DNA from: Eledone cirrhosa
Taxonomy: Eukaryota
Direction: 5' to 3'
DNA: 64,000 nt
Assembly: GCA_964016885.1 (NCBI GenBank)
Contig: OZ024742.1
Location: forward strand, 373,426,001-373,490,000
Shown: positions 44,601 through 59,600 of the stretch, in pieces
How the letters are laid out: the number at the start of each line of letters is the position of its first letter
How positions within the stretch are numbered: the stretch's first letter is position 1
Position numbers and translations under genes: made by a program
The notes under the pieces: model-generated
The model's input: the letters and a program-made list of their open reading frames with translations, nothing else
Told to the model about the DNA's origin: nothing
Databases searched by the model: none

Positions 44601-47600
44601 ACATACCTCTGATAGTCTTACAAGCCACATATTAGTATGATAGTCCCACAAGCCACATGCCTCTGATAGTCCCACAAGCCTCATATTAGTCTGATAGTCC
44701 CACAAGTCACATACCTCTGATAGTCCCACAAGCCACATATTAGTCTGATAGTCCCACAAATCACATACCTTTGATAGTCCCACAAGCCACATATTAATCT
44801 GATAGTCCCACAAGCCACATACCTCTGATAGTCCCACAAGCCACATATTAGTCTGATAGTCCCACAAGCCACATACCTCTGATAGTCCCACAAGCCACAT
44901 ACCTCTGATAGTCCCACAAGCCACATACCTCTGATAGTCCCACAAGCCACATACCTCTGATAGTCCCACAAGTCACATACCTTTGGTAGTCCTACAAGCA
45001 ACATATTAATCTGATAGTCCCACAAACCACATATCTCTGATAGTCCCACACGCAACATATTAGTCTGATAGTCCCACAAGCCACATACTTCTGATAGTCC
45101 CACAAGCCACATATTAGTCTGATAGTCCCACAAGCCACATACCTCTGATAGTCTCACAAGCCACATATTAGTCTGATAGTCCCACAAGTCACATACCTCT
45201 GATAGTCCCACAAGTCACATACCTCTTATAGTCCCACAAACCACATACTTCTGATAGTCCCACAAGCCACATATTAGTCTGATAGTCCCACAAGTCACAT
45301 ACCTCTGATAGTCCCACAAACCACATATTAGTCTGATAGTTCCACAAGCGACATACCTCTGATAGTCCCACAAGCCACATATTAGTCTGATAGTCCCACA
45401 GGTCACATATCTCTGATAGTCCCACAAGCGACATACCTCTGATAGTCCCACAAGCCACATACCTCTGATAGTCCCACAAGCCACATACCTCTGATAGTCT
45501 CACAAGCCACATACCTCTGATAGTCCCACTAGCCACATACCTCTGATAGTCCCACAAGCCACATACCTCTGATAGTCACACAAGCCACATATTAGTCTGA
45601 TAGTCCCACAAGTGACATACCTCTGATAGTCCCACAAACCACATATTAGTCTGATAGTTCCACAAGCCACATACCTCTGATAGTCCCACAAGCCACATAC
45701 CTCTGATAGTCCCACAAGCCACATATTAGTCTGATAGTCCCACAGGCCACATACCTCTGATAGTCCCACAAGCCACATACCTCTGATAGTCCCACAAGCC
45801 ACATACCTCTGATAGTCCCACAAGCCACATACCTCTGATAGTCCCACAAGCCACATATTAGTCTGATAGTCCCACAAGTGACATACCTCTGATAGTCCCA
45901 CAAACCACATATTAGTCTGATAGTTCCACAAGCCACGTACCTCTGATAGTCCCACAAGCCACATATTAGTCTGATAGTCCCACAGGTCACATATCTCTGA
46001 TAGTCCCACAAGCCACATACCTCTGATAGTCCCACAAGCCACATACCTCTGATAGTCCCACAAGCCACATATTAGTCTGATAGTTCCACAGGCCACATAC
46101 CTCTGATAGTCCCACAAGCCACATATTAGTCTGATAGTCCCACAAGCCACATACCTCTGATAGTCCCACAAGCCACATATTAGTCTGATAGTCCCACAAG
46201 CGACATACCTCTGATAGTCCCACAAGCCACATACCTCTGATAGTCCCACATGTCACATACCTACGATAGTCCCACAAGCCACATATTAGTCTGATAGTCT
46301 TACAAGCCACATACCTCTGATAGTCCCACAAGTCATATACCTCTGATATTCCCACAAGCCACATATTAGTCTGATAGTCCCACAAGCCACATATTAGTCT
46401 GATAGTCCCACAAACCACATAGTTCTGATAGTCCCACAAGCCACATATAAGTATCATAGTCCCACAAGCCACATACTGCTGATAGTCCCACAAGCCACAT
46501 ATTGGTCTGATAGTCCCACAAGTCACATACCTCTGATAGTCCCATAAGCCACATATTAATCTGATAGTCCCACAAGCCACATACATCTGATAGTCCCACA
46601 AGCCACATACCTCTGATAGTCCCACAAACCACATATTAGTCTGATAGTTCCACAAGCCACATACCTCTGATAGTCCCACAAGCCAGATAATTGTCTGATA
46701 GTCCCACAGGTCACATATCTCTGATAGTCCCACAAGCCACATACCTCTGATAGTCCCACAAGCCACATACCTCTGATAGTCCCACAAGCCACATACCTCT
46801 GATAGTCTCACAAGCCACATACCTCTGATAGTCCCACTAGCCACATACCTCTGACAGTCCCACAAGCTACATACCCCTCATAGTCCCACAAGCCACATAC
46901 CTCTCATAGTCCAACACGCCACATATTAGTTTGATAGTCCCACAAGCCACATACCTCTGATAGTCCCACAAACCACATACCTCTGATAGTCCCACAAGCC
47001 ACATATTAGTCTGATAGTCCCACAGGTCACATACTTCTGATAGTCCCACAAACCACATATCTCTGATAGTCCCACAAGCCACATATTAATCTGATAGTCC
47101 ATCAAGCCACATACCTCTGATAGTCCCACAAGCCACATACCTCTGATAGTCCCACAAGTCACATACCTCTGATAGTCCCACAAGTCACATACCTCTGATA
47201 GTCCCACAAGCCACATACCTCTGATAGTACCACAAGCCACATACCTCTGATTGTCCCACAAGCCACATACCTCTGATAGTCCCACAAGGCACATACCTCT
47301 GATAGTCCCACAAGCCACATATTAGTCTGATAGTCCCACAAGCCACATACCTCTGATAGTCCCACAAGCCACATATTAGTCTGATAGTCCCACAAGTCAC
47401 ATACCTCTGATTGTCCCACAAGCCACATATTAGTCTGATAGTCCCACAAGTCCCATACCTCTGATAGTCTTACAAGCCACATATTAGTATGATAGTCCCA
47501 CAAGCCACATGCCTCTGATAGTCCCACAAGCCACATATTAGTCTGATAGTCCCACAAGTCACATACCTCTGATAGTCCCACAAGCCACATATTAGTCTGA

Positions 47601-50600
47601 TAGTCCCACAAATCACATACCTTTGATAGTCCCACAAGCCACATATTAATCTGATAGTCCCACAAGCCACATACCTCTGATAGTCCCACAAGCCACATAT
47701 TAGTCTGATAGTCCCACAAGCCAAATACCTCTGATAGTCCCACAAGCCACATACCTCTGATAGTCCCACAAGCCACATACCTCTGATAGTCCCACAAGCC
47801 ACATACCTCTGATAGTCCCACAAGTCACATACCTTTGGTAGTCCTACAAGCAACATATTAATCTGATAGTCCCACAAACCACATACCTCTGATAGTCCCA
47901 CACGCAACATATTAGTCTGATAGTCCCACAAGCCACATACTTCTGATAGTCCCACAAGCCACATATTAGTCTGATAGTCCCACAAGCCACATACCTCTGA
48001 TAGTCTCACAAGCCACATATTAGTCTGATAGTCCCACAAGTCACATACCTCTGATAGTCCCACAAGTCACATACCTCTTATAGTCCCACAAACCACATAC
48101 TTCTGATAGTCCCACAAGCCACATACCTCTGATAGTCCCACAAGCCACATATTAGTCTGATAGTCCCACAAGCCACATACCTCTGATAGTCCCACAAGCC
48201 ACATACCTCTGATAGTCCCACAAGCCACATATTAGTCTGATAGTCCCACAAGTCACATACCTCTGATAGTCCCACAAACCACATATTAGTCTGATAGTTC
48301 CACAAGCCACATACCTCTGATAGTCCCACAAGCCACATATTAGTCTGATAGTCCCACAGGTCACATATCTCTGATAGTCCCACAAGCGACATACCTCTGA
48401 TAGTCCCACAAGCCACATACCTCTGATAGTCCCACAAGCCACATACCTCTGATAGTCTCACAAGCCACATACCTCTGATAGTCCCACTAGCCACATACCT
48501 CTGATAGTCCCACAAGCTACATACCTCTCATAGTCCAACACGCCACATATTAGTTTGATAGTCCCACAAGCCACATACCTCTGATAGTCCCACAAACCAC
48601 ATAGCTCTGATAGTCCCACAAGCCGCATATTAGTCTGATAGTCCCACAGGTCACATACCTCTGATAGTCCCACAAACCACATACCTCTGATCGTCCCACA
48701 AGTCACATACCTCTGATAGTCCCATAAGCCACATATTAATCTGATAGTCCCACAAGCCACATACATCTGATAGTCCCACAAGCCACATACCTCTGATAGT
48801 CCCACAAACCACATATTAGTCTGATAGTTCCACAAGCCACATACCTCTGATAGTCCCACAAGCCAGATAATTGTCTGATAGTCCCACAGGTCACATATCT
48901 CTGATAGTCCCACAAGCCACATACCTCTGATAGTCCCACAAGCCACATACCTCTGATAGTCACACAAGCCACATATTAGTCTGATAGTCCCACAAGTGAC
49001 ATACCTCTGATAGTCCCACAAACCACATATTAGTCTGATAGTTCCACAAGCCACATACCTCTGATAGTCCCACAAGCCACATACCTCTGATAGTCCCACA
49101 AGCCACATATTAGTCTGATAGTCCCACAGGCCACATACCTCTGATAGTCCCACAAGCCACATACCTCTGATAGTCCCACAAGCCACATACCTCTGATAGT
49201 CCCACAAGCCACATACCTCTGATAGTCCCACAAGCCACATATTAGTCTGATAGTCCCACAAGTGACATACCTCTGATAGTCCCACAAACCACATATTAGT
49301 CTGATAGTTCCACAAGCCACGTACCTCTGATAGTCCCACAAGCCACATATTAGTCTGATAGTCCCACAGGTCACATATCTCTGATAGTCCCACAAGCCAC
49401 ATACCTCTGATAGTCCCACAAGCCACATACCTCTGATAGTCCCACAAGCCACATATTAGTCTGATAGTTCCACAGGCCACATACCTCTGATAGTCCCACA
49501 AGCCACATATTAGTCTGATAGTCCCACAAGCCACATACCTCTGATAGTCCCACAAGCCACATATTAGTCTGATAGTCCCACAAGCGACATACCTCTGATA
49601 GTCCCACAAGCCACATACCTCTGATAGTCCCACATGTCACATACCTACGATAGTCCCACAAGCCACATATTAGTCTGATAGTCTTACAAGCCACATACCT
49701 CTGATAGTCCCACAAGTCATATACCTTTGATATTCCCACAAGCCAAATATTAGTCTGATAGTCCCACAAGCCACATATTAGTCTGATAGTCCCACAAACC
49801 ACATAGTTCTGATAGTCCCACAAGCCACATATAAGTATCATAGTCCCACAAGCCACATACTGCTGATAGTCCCACAAGCCACATATTGGTCTGATAGTCC
49901 CACAAGTCACATACCTCTGATAGTCCCATAAGCCACATATTAATCTGATAGTCCCACAAGCCACATACATCTGATAGTCCCACAAGCCACATACCTCTGA
50001 TAGTCCCACAAACCACATATTAGTCTGATAGTTCCACAAGCCACATACCTCTGATAGTCCCACAAGCCAGATAATTGTCTGATAGTCCCACAGGTCACAT
50101 ATCTCTGATAGTCCCACAAGCCACATACCTCTGATAGTCCCACAAGCCACATACCTCTGATAGTCCCACAAGCCACATACCTCTGATAGTCTCACAAGCC
50201 ACATACCTCTGATAGTCCCACTAGCCACATACCTCTGACAGTCCCACAAGCTACATACCCCTCATAGTCCCACAAGCCACATACCTCTCATAGTCCAACA
50301 CGCCACATATTAGTTTGATAGTCCCACAAGCCACATACTTCTGATAGTCCCACAAACCACATACCTCTGATAGTCCCACAAGCCACATATTAGTCTGATA
50401 GTCCCACAGGTCACATACTTCTGATAGTCCCACAAACCACATATCTCTGATAGTCCCACAAGCCACATATTAATCTGATAGTCCATCAAGCCACATACCT
50501 CTGATAGTCCCACAAGCCACATACCTCTGATAGTCCCACAAGTCACATACCTCTGATAGTCCCACAAGTCACATACCTCTGATAGTCCCACAAGCCACAT

Positions 50601-53600
50601 ACCTCTGATAGTACCACAAGCCACATACCTCTGATTGTCCCACAAGCCACATACCTCTGATAGTCCCACAAGGCACATACCTCTGATAGTCCCACAAGCC
50701 ACATATTAGTCTGATAGTCCCACAAGCCACATACCTCTGATAGTCCCACAAGCCACATATTAGTCTGATAGTCCCACAAGTCACATACCTCTGATTGTCC
50801 CACAAGCCACATATTAGTCTGATAGTCCCACAAGTCCCATACCTCTGATAGTCTTACAAGCCACATATTAGTATGATAGTCCCACAAGCCACATGCCTCT
50901 GATAGTCCCACAAGCCACATATTAGTCTGATAGTCCCACAAGTCACATACCTCTGATAGTCCCACAAGCCACATATTAGTCTGATAGTCCCACAAATCAC
51001 ATACCTTTGATAGTCCCACAAGCCACATATTAATCTGATAGTCCCACAAGCCACATACCTCTGATAGTCCCACAAGCCACATATTAGTCTGATAGTCCCA
51101 CAAGCCAAATACCTCTGATAGTCCCACAAGCCACATACCTCTGATAGTCCCACAAGCCACATATTAGTCTGATAGCCCCACAGGTCACATATCTCTGATA
51201 GTCCCACAAGCGACATACCTCTGATAGTCCCACAAGCCACATACCTCTGATAGTCCCACAAGCCACATACCTCTGATAGTCTCACAAGCCACATACCTCT
51301 GATAGTCCCACTAGCCACATACCTCTGATAGTCCCACAAGCTACATACCTCTCATAGTCCAACACGCCACATATTAGTTTGATAGTCCCACAAGCCACAT
51401 ACCTCTGATAGTCCCACAAACCACATACCTCTGATAGTCCCACAAGCCGCATGTTAGTCTGATAGTCCCACAGGTCACATACCTCTGATAGTCCCACAAA
51501 CCACATACCTCTGATAGTCCCACAAGCCACATATTAGTCTGATAGTCCCACAAGTCACATACCTCTGATAGTCCCATAAGCCACATATTAATCTGATAGT
51601 CCCACAAGCCACATACATCTGATAGTCCCACAAGCCACATACCTCTGATAGTCCCACAAACCACATATTAGTCTGATAGTTCCACAAGCCACATACCTCT
51701 GATAGTCCCACAAGCCAGATAATTGTCTGATAGTCCCACAGGTCACATATCTCTGATAGTCCCACAAGCCACATACCTCTGATAGTCCCACAAGCCACAT
51801 ACCTCTAATAGTCCCACAAGCCACATACCTCTGATAGTCTCACAAGCCACATACCTCTGATAGTCCCACTAGCCACATACCTCTGACAGTCCCACAAGCT
51901 ACATACCCCTCATAGTCCCACAAGCCACATACCTCTCATAGTCCAACACGCCACATATTAGTTTGATAGTCCCACAAGCCACATACCTCTGATAGTCCCA
52001 CAAACCACATACCTCTGATAGTCCCACAAGCCACATATTAGTCTGATAGTCCCACAGGTCACATATTAATCTGATAGTCCATCAAGCCACATACCTCTGA
52101 TAGTCCCACAAGCCACATACCTCTGATAGTCCCACAAACCACATATCTCTGATAGTCCCACAAGCCACATATTAATCTGATAGTCCATCAAGCCACATAC
52201 CTCTGATAGTCCCACAAGCCACATACCTCTGATAGTCCCACAAGTCACATACCTCTGATAGTCCCACAAGTCACATACCTCTGATAGTCCCACAAGCCAC
52301 ATACCTCTGATAGTACCACAAGCCACATACCTCTGATTGTCCCACAAGCCACATACCTCTGATAGTCCCACAAGGCACATACCTCTGATAGTCCCACAAG
52401 CCACATATTAGTCTGATAGTCCCACAAGCCACATACCTCTTATAGTCCCACAAGCCACATATTAGTCTGATAGTCCCACAAGTCACATACCTCTGATTGT
52501 CCCACAAGCCACATATTAGTCTGATAGTCCCACAAGTCCCATACCTCTGATAGTCTTACAAGCCACATATTAGTATGATAGTCCCACAAGCCACATGCCT
52601 CTGATAGTCCCACAAGCCACATATTAGTCTGATAGTCCCACAAGTCACATACCTCTGATAGTCCCACAAGCCACATATTAGTCTGATAGTCCCACAAATC
52701 ACATACCTTTGATAGTCCCACAAGCCACATATTAATCTGATAGTCCCACAAGCCACATACCTCTGATAGTCCCACAAGCCACATATTAGTCTGATAGTCC
52801 CACAAGCCAAATACCTCTGATAGTCCCACAAGCCACATACCTCTGATAGTCCCACAAGCCACATATTAGTCTGATAGTCCCACAGGTCACATATCTCTGA
52901 TAGTCCCACAAGCGACATACCTCTGATAGTCCCACAAGCCACATACCTCTGATAGTCCCACAAGCCACATACCTCTGATAGTCTCACAAGCCACATACCT
53001 CTGATAGTCCCACTAGCCACATACCTCTGATAGTCCCACAAGCTACATACCTCTCATAGTCCAACACGCCACATATTAGTTTGATAGTCCCACAAGCCAC
53101 ATACCTCTGATAGTCCCACAAACCACATACCTCTGATAGTCCCACAAGCCGCATATTAGTCTGATAGTCCCACAGGTCACATACCTCTGATAGTCCCACA
53201 AACCACATACCTCTGATAGTCCCACAAGCCACATATTAGTCTGATAGTCCCACAAGTCACATACCTCTGATAGTCCCATAAGCCACATATTAATCTGATA
53301 GTCCCACAAGCCACATACATCTGATAGTCCCACAAGCCACATACCTCTGATAGTCCCACAAACCACATATTAGTCTGATAGTTCCACAAGCCACATACCT
53401 CTGATAGTCCCACAAGCCAGATAATTGTCTGATAGTCCCACAGGTCACATATCTCTGATAGTCCCACAAGCCACATACCTCTGATAGTCCCACAAGCCAC
53501 ATACCTCTGATAGTCCCACAAGCCACATACCTCTGATAGTCTCACAAGCCACATACCTCTGATAGTCCCACTAGCCACATACCTCTGACAGTCCCACAAG

Positions 53601-56600
53601 CTACATACCTCTCATAGTCCCACAAGCCACATACCTCACATAGTTCAACACGCCACATATTAGTTTGATAGTCCCACAAGCCACATACCTCTGATAGTCC
53701 CACAAACCACATACCTCTGATAGTCCCACAAGCCACATATTAGTCTGATAGTCCCACAGGTCACATACTTCTGATAGTCCCACAAACCACATATCTCTGA
53801 TAGTCCCACAACCCACATATTAGTCTGATAGTCCATCAAGCCACATACCTCTGATAGTCCCACAAGCCACATACCTCTGATAGTCCCACAAGTCACATAC
53901 CTCTGATAGTCCCACAAGTCACATACCTCTGATAGTCCCACAAGCCACATACCTCTGATAGTACCACAAGCCACATACCTCTGATTGTCCCACAAGCCAC
54001 ATACCTCTGATAGTCCCACAAGGCACATACCTCTGATAGTCCCACAAGCCACATATTAGTCTGATAGTCCCACAAGCCACATACCCCTGATAGTCCCACA
54101 AGCCACATATTAGTCTGATAGTCCCACAAGTCACATACCTCTGATTGTCCCACAAGCCACATATTAGTCTGATAGTCCCACAAGTCACATACCTCTGATA
54201 GTCTTACAAGCCACATATTAGTATGATAGTCCCACAAGCCACATGCCTCTGATAGTCCCACAAGCCACATATTAGTCTGATAGTCCCACAAGTCACATAC
54301 CTCTGATAGTCCCACAAGCCACATATTAGTCTGATAGTCCCACAAATCACATACCTTTGATAGTCCCACAAGCCACATATTAATCTGATAGTCCCACAAG
54401 CCACATACCTCTGATAGTCCCACAAGCCACATATTAGTCTGATAGTCCCACAAGCCACATACCTCTGATAGTCCCACAAGCCACATACCTCTGATAGTCC
54501 CACAAGCCACATACCTCTGATAGTCCCACAAGCCACATACCTCTGATAGTCCCACAAGTCACATACCTTTGGTAGTCCTACAAGCAACATATTAATCTGA
54601 TAGTCCCACAAACCACATATCTCTGATAGTCCCACACGCAACATATTAGTCTGATAGTCCCACAAGCCACATACTTCTGATAGTCCCACAAGCCACATAT
54701 TAGTCTGATAGTCCCACAAGCCACATACCTCTGATAGTCTCACAAGCCACATATTAGTCTGATAGTCCCACAAGTCACATACCTCTGATAGTCCCACAAG
54801 TCACATACCTCTTATAGTCCCACAAACCACATACTTCTGATAGTCCCACAAGCCACATATTAGTCTGATAGTCCCACAAGCCACATACCTCTGATAGTCC
54901 CACAAACCACATATTAGTCTGATAGTTCCACAAGCCACATACCTCTGATAGTCCCACAAGCCAGATAATTGTCTGATAGTCCCACAGGTCACATATCTCT
55001 GATAGTCCCACAAGCCACATACCTCTGATAGTCCCACAAGCCACATACCTCTGATAGTCCCACAAGCCACATACCTCTGATAGTCTCACAAGCCACATAC
55101 CTCTGATAGTCCCACTAGCCACATACCTCTGACAGTCCCACAAGCTACATACCCCTCATAGTCCCACAAGCCACATACCTCTCATAGTCCAACACGCCAC
55201 ATATTAGTTTGATAGTCCCACAAGCCACATACCTCTGATAGTCCCACAAACCACATACCTCTGATAGTCCCACAAGCCACATATTAGTCTGATAGTCCCA
55301 CAGGTCACATACTTCTGATAGTCCCACAAACCACATATCTCTGATAGTCCCACAAGCCACATATTAATCTGATAGTCCATCAAGCCACATACCTCTGATA
55401 GTCCCACAAGCCACATACCTCTGATAGTCCCACAAGTCACATACCTCTGATAGTCCCACAAGTCACATACCTCTGATAGTCCCACAAGCCACATACCTCT
55501 GATAGTACCACAAGCCACATACCTCTGATTGTCCCACAAGCCACATACCTCTGATAGTCCCACAAGGCACATACCTCTGATAGTCCCACAAGCGACATAT
55601 TAGTCTGATAGTCCCACAAGCCACATACCTCTGATAGTCCCACAAGCCACATATTAGTCTGATAGTCCCACAAGTCACATACCTCTGATTGTCCCACAAG
55701 CCACATATTAGTCTGATAGTCCCACAAGTCCCATACCTCTGATAGTCTTACAAGCCACATATTAGTATGATAGTCCCACAAGCCACATGCCTCTGATAGT
55801 CCCACAAGCCACATATTAGTCTGATAGTCCCACAAGTCACATACCTCTGATAGTCCCACAAGCCACATATTAGTCTGATAGTCCCACAAATCACATACCT
55901 TTGATAGTCCCACAAGCCACATATTAATCTGATAGTCCCACAAGCCACATACCTCTGATAGTCCCACAAGCCACATATTAGTCTGATAGTCCCACAAGCC
56001 AAATACCTCTGATAGTCCCACAAGCCACATACCTCTGATAGTCCCACAAGCCACATATTAGTCTGATAGTCCCACAGGTCACATATCTCTGATAGTCCCA
56101 CAAGCGACATACCTCTGATAGTCCCACAAGCCACATACCTCTGATAGTCCCACAAGCCACATACCTCTGATAGTCTCACAAGCCACATACCTCTGATAGT
56201 CCCACTAGCCACATACCTCTGATAGTCCCACAAGCTACATACCTCTCATAGTCCAACACGCCACATATTAGTTTGATAGTCCCACAAGCCACATACCTCT
56301 GATAGTCCCACAAACCACATACCTCTGATAGTCCCACAAGCCGCATATTAGTCTGATAGTCCCACAGGTCACATACCTCTGATAGTCCCACAAACCACAT
56401 ACCTCTGATAGTCCCACAAGCCACATATTAGTCTGATAGTCCCACAAGTCACATACCTCTGATAGTCCCATAAGCCACATATTAATCTGATAGTCCCACA
56501 AGCCACATACATCTGATAGTCCCACAAGCCACATACCTCTGATAGTCCCACAAACCACATATTAGTCTGATAGTTCCACAAGCCACATACCTCTGATAGT

Positions 56601-59600
56601 CCCACAAGCCAGATAATTGTCTGATAGTCCCACAGGTCACATATCTCTGATAGTCCCACAAGCCACATACCTCTGATAGTCCCACAAGCCACATACCTCT
56701 AATAGTCCCACAAGCCACATACCTCTGATAGTCTCACAAGCCACATACCTCTGATAGTCCCACTAGCCACATACCTCTGACAGTCCCACAAGCTACATAC
56801 CTCTCATAGTCCCACAAGCCACATACCTCACATAGTTCAACACGCCACATATTAGTTTGATAGTCCCACAAGCCACATACCTCTGATAGTCCCACAAACC
56901 ACATACCTCTGATAGTCCCACAAGCCACATATTAGTCTGATAGTCCCACAGGTCACATACTTCTGATAGTCCCACAAACCACATATCTCTGATAGTCCCA
57001 CAACCCACATATTAGTCTGATAGTCCATCAAGCCACATACCTCTGATAGTCCCACAAGCCACATACCTCTGATAGTCCCACAAGTCACATACCTCTGATA
57101 GTCCCACAAGTCACATACCTCTGATAGTCCCACAAGCCACATACCTCTGATAGTACCACAAGCCACATACCTCTGATTGTCCCACAAGCCACATACCTCT
57201 GATAGTCCCACAAGGCACATACCTCTGATAGTCCCACAAGCCACATATTAGTCTGATAGTCCCACAAGCCACATACCTCTGATAGTCCCACAAGCCACAT
57301 ATTAGTCTGATAGTCCCACAAGTCACATACCTCCGATTGTCCCACAAGCCACATATTAGTCTGATAGTCCCACAAGTCACATACCTCTGATAGTCTTACA
57401 AGCCACATATTAGTATGATAGTCCCACAAGCCACATGCCTCTGATAGTCCCACAAGCCACATATTAGTCTGATAGTCCCACAAGTCACATACCTCTGATA
57501 GTCCCACAAGCCACATATTAGTCTGATAGTCCCACAAATCACATACCTTTGATAGTCCCACAAGCCACATATTAATCTGATAGTCCCACAAGCCACATAC
57601 CTCTGATAGTCCCACAAGCCACATATTAGTCTGATAGTCCCACAAGCCACATACCTCTGATAGTCCCACAAGCCACATACCTCTGATAGTCCCACAAGCC
57701 ACATACCTCTGATAGTCCCACAAGCCACATACCTCTGATAGTCCCACAAGTCACATACCTTTGGTAGTCCTACAAGCAACATATTAATCTGATAGTCCCA
57801 CAAACCACATATCTCTGATAGTCCCACACGCAACATATTAGTCTGATAGTCCCACAAGCCACATACTTCTGATAGTCCCACAAGCCACATATTAGTCTGA
57901 TAGTCCCACAAGCCACATACCTCTGATAGTCTCACAAGCCACATATTAGTCTGATAGTCCCACAAGTCACATACCTCTGATAGTCCCACAAGTCACATAC
58001 CTCTTATAGTCCCACAAACCACATACTTCTGATAGTCCCACAAGCCACATATTAGTCTGATAGTCCCACAAGTCACATACCTCTGATAGTCCCACAAACC
58101 ACATATTAGTCTGATAGTTCCACAAGCGACATACCTCTGATAGTCCCACAAGCCACATATTAGTCTGATAGTCCCACAGGTCACATATCTCTGATAGTCC
58201 CACAAGCGACATACCTCTGATAGTCCCACAAGCCACATACCTCTGATAGTCCCACAAGCCACATACCTCTGATAGTCTCACAAGCCACATACCTCTGATA
58301 GTCCCACTAGCCACATACCTCTGATAGTCCCACAAGCCACATACCTCTGATAGTCACACAAGCCACATATTAGTCTGATAGTCCCACAAGTGACATACCT
58401 CTGATAGTCCCACAAACCACATATTAGTCTGATAGTTCCACAAGCCACATACCTCTGATAGTCCCACAAGCCACATACCTCTGATAGTCCCACAAGCCAC
58501 ATATTAGTCTGATAGTCCCACAGGCCACATACCTCTGATAGTCCCACAAGCCACATACCTCTGATAGTCCCACAAGCCACATACCTCTGATAGTCCCACA
58601 AGCCACATACCTCTGATAGTCCCACAAGCCACATATTAGTCTGATAGTCCCACAAGTGACATACCTCTGATAGTCCCACAAACCACATATTAGTCTGATA
58701 GTTCCACAAGCCACGTACCTCTGATAGTCCCACAAGCCACATATTAGTCTGATAGTCCCACAGGTCACATATCTCTGATAGTCCCACAAGCCACATACCT
58801 CTGATAGTCCCACAAGCCACATACCTCTGATAGTCCCACAAGCCACATATTAGTCTGATAGTTCCACAGGCCACATACCTCTGATAGTCCCACAAGCCAC
58901 ATATTAGTCTGATAGTCCCACAAGCCACATACCTCTGATAGTCCCACAAGCCACATATTAGTCTGATAGTCCCACAAGCGACATACCTCTGATAGTCCCA
59001 CAAGCCACATACCTCTGATAGTCCCACATGTCACATACCTACGATAGTCCCACAAGCCACATATTAGTCTGATAGTCTTACAAGCCACATACCTCTGATA
59101 GTCCCACAAGTCATATACCTCTGATATTCCCACAAGCCACATATTAGTCTGATAGTCCCACAAGCCACATATTAGTCTGATAGTCCCACAAACCACATAG
59201 TTCTGATAGTCCCACAAGCCACATATAAGTATCATAGTCCCACAAGCCACATACTGCTGATAGTCCCACAAGCCACATATTGGTCTGATAGTCCCACAAG
59301 TCACATACCTCTGATAGTCCCATAAGCCACATATTAATCTGATAGTCCCACAAGCCACATACATCTGATAGTCCCACAAGCCACATACCTCTGATAGTCC
59401 CACAAACCACATATTAGTCTGATAGTTCCACAAGCCACATACCTCTGATAGTCCCACAAGCCAGATAATTGTCTGATAGTCCCACAGGTCACATATCTCT
59501 GATAGTCCCACAAGCCACATACCTCTGATAGTCCCACAAGCCACATACCTCTGATAGTCCCACAAGCCACATACCTCTGATAGTCTCACAAGCCACATAC

